Under the pieces are notes generated by a model. The model searched no databases, was not told the origin of the DNA, and worked only from the letters and a program-made list of their open reading frames with translations. Source: Octopus sinensis (lineage: Eukaryota). From it: a DNA stretch of 11,988 bases. The translations under genes and the position numbers were made by a program. The number at the start of each line of letters is the position of its first letter. The stretch's first letter is position 1. Shown one piece after another: positions 8,508 to 11,988 of the stretch. The stretch spans positions 1-11,988 of the forward strand of contig NW_021826817.1 in NCBI RefSeq assembly GCF_006345805.1, in the 5' to 3' direction.

Positions 8508-8603
8508 ACGTCCCCGTAGCTTAGCGTTTTGGAAAAAGAAGCCGATAGAATAAGTGCTAGGGTTCCAAAGAGTAAGTCCTGGGGTCGATTGCTATAACTA
8601 AAA
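8508..8603 (+). mobile_element. SINE 3'-part fragment
   Basis: gatagaataagtgctagggttccaaagagtaagtcctggggtcgatt is the reverse complement of about 11733-11779 with a few mismatches. Confidence 0.8.
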
Positions 8604-8616
8604 AACCTTCAAACTC

Positions 8617-8663
8617 TGCTTGTTGTTCTTTCACCTGTCTTCGTCGTTTGTTTTCTGTAAATT
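8617..8663. repeat. Short interspersed repeat fragment, inverted partner of 9685-9735
   Basis: Its reverse complement atttacagaaaacaaacgacgaagacaggtgaaagaacaacaagcag aligns with 9685-9734 (atttacagaaaacaacaaaagacgaagacaggtgcaggaataacaagcag). Confidence 0.8.
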
Positions 8664-8668
8664 TGAAC

Positions 8669-8709
8669 TACACACACACGCGCGCGCGCGACACACTCAC
8701 ACACACACA

Positions 8710-8761
<52 letters not shown>
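8669..8761. repeat. (CA)n(CG)n(CA)n(TA)n microsatellite
   Basis: Seen directly in the sequence. Confidence 0.95.
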
Positions 8762-9082
8762 GGTAAAAGATTAATGAGTGCGTGCGTTACATAAATAATA
8801 TCTTCAGGATTAAATAAAAGACAACAAACGGAAAATATGACATATATATATATATAATTAAAAATAAACGTATTGTAAATAAACAAACGAACACATACTA
8901 AATGCACAGGCGAACAGAAAACACACAAGGTCACAAATTCTTCATCAGTTATCAGCAAGAGGAGTCAACGCAATTTCGGGCATTATCGATAATATTGTTT
9001 CTTTCGCTGTTCGCAAAAGTTCGTATCCATATTTTCGTATTTCGTATTTGCTGTTGTTTACCTTCTGTAACGTCCTGTACCC

Positions 9083-9205
9083 ATATATGCATATGTATAT
9101 ACATATATATGTAAGTATATACATACACAAAACATACATACATACATACATACATACATACATACATACATACATACATACATTACAGCATAACATATAT
9201 ATATA

Positions 9206-9239
<34 letters not shown>
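9083..9239. repeat. (CATA)n/(TA)n microsatellite
   Basis: Seen directly in the sequence. Confidence 0.95.
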
Positions 9240-9240
<1 letters not shown>

Positions 9241-9428
9241 ACATTATCTATAAACATTACAATTGTTTCGAGACATTTTTACACTTGTTCATTGGTGAGA
9301 TGTTGTGTAATCATTATCACCCATTCAAGGTGTGAAATGCACCTTCTTTGAGTAAGACTTTATACGAGCTTTATATAGCATACCACAAGGGTTTTACCCG
9401 GATATTTACTCGCGTATGTGTGTATATG

Positions 9429-9436
9429 TATAAAAG
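9429..9436 (+). promoter_or_regulatory. TATA-box-like motif upstream of the hammerhead candidate
   Basis: TATAAAAG followed by GC-richer sequence, about 35 bp before the ribozyme core; AATAAA lies at 9539-9544. The background is AT-rich, so specificity is low. Confidence 0.3.
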
Positions 9437-9467
9437 CGGAGCAAGAGTACACACGAAGACAGAAAGT

Positions 9468-9510
9468 GTCGCTGAAGAGTTCACAGAGGTGTGACGAAAG
9501 ATTTCCGGAC
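9468..9510 (+). ncRNA. Minimal type I hammerhead ribozyme candidate with an intact catalytic core
   Basis: Stem I GUCG (9468-9471) / CG(g)AC (9506-9510); CUGAAGA 9472-9478; stem II G(u)UCACA-gagg-UGUGAC 9479-9495; GAAA 9496-9499; short stem III A-U and G-U (9499-9504); cleavage triplet UUC ending at 9505. Confidence 0.65.
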
Positions 9511-9684
9511 GATAAACATAAATTAGAATAAGAACAGTAATAAATGAGTGAAAAGGGAATTATATAGTGCGCCTGTTTATTTGGCAAAAAGAGGGGAAAA
9601 AATGACTCTCGAAATACAACAATATCTGTTTCAACGCACGGTTTCACATCAAGAATCTTGCAGCACACATATATAAAAGGATAT

Positions 9685-9750
9685 ATTTACAGAAAACAAC
9701 AAAAGACGAAGACAGGTGCAGGAATAACAAGCAGGTGCATTAGTTTGACT
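9685..9750. repeat. Short interspersed repeat fragment, inverted partner of 8617-8663
   Basis: Aligns in reverse complement with 8617-8663 over about 50 bp. Confidence 0.8.
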
Positions 9751-9767
9751 GATGAATATATATAGAG

Positions 9768-10135
9768 AATACCAAACGAGTTCCCTATGGATACCCGTAT
9801 TTATTACAACGAGTGGCTTGTAAACGAGTTGTAATAAATACGGTATCCATAGGGAATGAGTTTGGTATTTTATTTATTACACACGAATAAACGACCATAT
9901 TTTATTAACCCAATAACTAAATTCTTCACGTTTAGTTGTAACTTATGAATGACAAAAGTAGTACCGTCACCGTGACGTCGGGTCATCACCATGGATTGAC
10001 CAATCAGAAGCAGCGTTGTCACCGTGACCCGGGTCATCAACCATGGATTGACCAATCAGAAGCAGCGCTCGCAGTATCTGACATATGTTGATACCAAAAC
10101 TATCTCAAAGTGTTCTCACTCACATGTGTGTAAAA
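9768..10135. mobile_element. Non-autonomous palindromic element: ~100 bp hairpin plus a 52 bp CCAAT-containing tandem repeat
   Basis: Inverted repeat 9768-9869; tandem unit at 9966-10017 and 10018-10067; ataccaaa recurs at 10091; ttacacac(9877) and gtgtgtaa(10126) form an inverted pair; flanked by (TA)n on both sides. Confidence 0.6.
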
Positions 10136-10141
10136 TATATA

Positions 10142-10225
<84 letters not shown>

Positions 10226-10237
10226 GTATATATATAT
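10135..10237. repeat. (TA)n microsatellite
   Basis: Seen directly in the sequence. Confidence 0.95.
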
Positions 10238-10375
10238 AATGTAAAGTATAGAAGCCATCTTATCATGGCTAACCACATTGGGGATCCCCAATGTGGTTAG
10301 CCATGATAATATGGCTTCTATACTTTACATTATCGAGCGATTACTGTTTCCTCTCATTCTGAGATTTAATTATGC
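10236..10375. mobile_element. 98 bp spacerless palindrome (10236-10333) with a ~40 bp tail, embedded in (TA)n
   Basis: 49 bp arms complementary at 48 of 49 positions, centred on GGATCC at 10282-10287; a diverged homologue lies at 11150-11235. Confidence 0.8.
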
Positions 10376-10667
10376 TATATATATATATATATATATATAA
10401 ATTAGAACAACAACACCTTTTATCAATTCATGATATATACGATTTATTTATTATTTTGCACATTACTTAATCATTGGTATATTATTGTTATTTTTATATT
10501 TTATTATATGTAATTTTCTAGATGGTGTAATTTAATTGTTCATTTTGAATTGATAAAACGGTGTTTTTTTCTAATTTTAATATATATATATATTATATTT
10601 TGTGAAATTTGATTTAGTATTTCGAAATTGAATTTTTCCTTTAAGTTATGAATAATATTCCCTCAAT

Positions 10668-10754
10668 TATATATATATCATATATATATATATATATATA
10701 TTAATATATATATACACTGATATATCTATGTATATATATATATATATATTATAT

Positions 10755-10792
<38 letters not shown>

Positions 10793-10903
10793 TGTATATA
10801 TAATGTATATATAAGATATATATATAATATATATATAATATATATATATATTATATATATATACTGTATATATATGTGTATGTGTGTGTATATAATATAT
10901 ATA
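10668..10903. repeat. Interrupted (TA)n microsatellite
   Basis: Seen directly in the sequence. Confidence 0.95.
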
Positions 10904-11299
10904 TCTTTATATATAAAAGTGAAGTTGTGTGTCTGTCTCCTACGATTTAGATTCCTAACTACTCCCTCATTTTGCGGTGCAGTGTAACCAAAAACGGGTA
11001 TCTTATAGTTGTGATTCATATCGAGCCCTTCTGGGTATTAGCGCACGTCTACGATGAGTTTACGATTAAAAAAAAAATTACCATAATTTTTTCCGCATTT
11101 TTAATTCATTTTCGCTCGGTTTATATAAGGGAAGTAACTCTCTAAAATGTATTATTAAATCTCAGAATGTAAAAAGCTACAGTAACACCCCCACTTTGTG
11201 GTTAGCCATATTGAGATGGCTATTATACTTTACATCTCTAAAAATGCTTATATAGTTATTTCCCTTACAAACCCGAGCAACGCCGGGCGATACTGCTAG
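10904..11299 (+). mobile_element. Non-autonomous Helitron (396 bp), copy 2, with a foreign 86 bp internal segment
   Basis: A|TC start and CTAG|T end, with the same cccgagcaacgccggg hairpin. Its 5' ~245 bp and 3' ~64 bp align with 6971-7370; 11150-11235 is absent from copy 1. Confidence 0.92.
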
Positions 11300-11322
11300 T
11301 ACATATATATATATATATATGT

Positions 11323-11650
11323 GAGGGCGCGTGGCTTAGTGGTTAGGGCATTCGGCTCATGATCGTAAGGTTGTGAGTTCGATTCCCGGCGACGCGTTGT
11401 GTCCTTGAGCAAGACACTTTATTTCACGTTGCTCCAGTCCACTCAGCTGGCAAAAATGAGTTGTACTTGTATTTCAAAGGGTCAGCCTTGTCACTCTCTG
11501 CGTCATGCTGATTATCCCCGAGAACTACGTTAAGGGTACACGTGTCTGTGGAATGCTCAGCCATTTGCACGTTAATTTCACGAGCAAGCTGTTCCGTTGA
11601 TCGTATCAGCTGGGACCCTCGTCGTCGTAACCGGCGGAGTCTTTAAAAAA
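11323..11650 (+). mobile_element. Full-length tRNA-derived CORE-type SINE
   Basis: A box tggcttagtgg (11332-11342) and B box gagttcgattcc (11375-11386). Next comes tgtgtccttgagcaagacacttt...cagtccactcagctggcaaaaatgag (about 11397-11460), which resembles the MIR-type CORE domain. Short A tail; inserted in (TA)n. Confidence 0.85.
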
Positions 11651-11662
11651 TATATATATATA

Positions 11663-11793
11663 CTCTTTTATTCTTTTATTTGTTACAGTCATTTGACTTT
11701 GGCCATGCTGGAGCACTGCCTTTAGTCGAGCAAATCGACTCTAGGGATTATTCTTTGTAAGCCTAGTACTTATTCTATCGATCTGTTTTTGCC
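11663..11793 (-). mobile_element. SINE 3' end (5'-truncated)
   Basis: Homologous to 8508-8603 (inverted) and 8247-8280 (direct); ends in a simple (taaaaga)n tail on the minus strand. Confidence 0.8.
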
Positions 11794-11877
11794 ACACACA
11801 CACACATACATACACACACACACACACACATACATATATACACATACGCACACACACTCACACACGTATACACACAC
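11794..11877. repeat. (CA)n/(CATA)n microsatellite
   Basis: Seen directly in the sequence. Confidence 0.95.
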
Positions 11878-11988
11878 CACATCTGTTGCTTCTTGGAGGG
11901 TCATTATGCCAATAACGATATGGTTACACATCTGACCACTTCGTAATCGATCGTTTGTTTAACGTGCTGGTTAAACAATCAAGGTTTT

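Noticed and set aside
8770-8813. Minus-strand CTGAAGA followed by an AT-rich weak stem and GCAC
   Set aside because: There is no GAAA and no convincing stem II or III; it is too degenerate to call a hammerhead.
8925-8950. Minus-strand CTGATGAAG
   Set aside because: No downstream stem II or GAAA box.
9749-9760. CTGATGA on the plus strand
   Set aside because: It runs straight into (TA)n with no stem II or GAAA at a suitable distance.
9966-10067. CRISPR-like palindromic direct repeats
   Set aside because: There are only two contiguous units with no unique spacer, the context is eukaryotic, and there are no cas genes.
11323-11395. Possible tRNA gene (A and B boxes, CAT in an anticodon-like loop)
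   Set aside because: The acceptor and anticodon stems pair poorly, there is no T-run terminator directly after, and it continues into a CORE-like domain, so it is a SINE head.

Overview
This is non-coding, repeat-saturated animal genomic DNA. The SINE families and the very high microsatellite density resemble octopus (coleoid cephalopod) DNA; this is recalled from family knowledge, not from a search. No credible protein-coding gene is present, and nearly all listed ORFs are translations of microsatellites. The window holds several tRNA-derived SINE copies (one full-length CORE-type), two ~400 bp non-autonomous Helitrons (5'-TC, 3' hairpin + CTAG, inserted at A|T), three ~100 bp near-perfect palindromes and many simple repeats. 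The most notable signals are: (1) several unrelated minimal type I hammerhead-ribozyme-like motifs, one with an intact catalytic core between a TATA box and AATAAA and one at the junction of a ~315 bp direct-repeat unit, suggesting Penelope-like LTR or retrozyme elements; (2) a palindromic element whose mismatches are tandem G.A pairs, which would stabilise a hairpin on one strand only; (3) a Helitron copy carrying a one-armed version of a neighbouring palindromic element.
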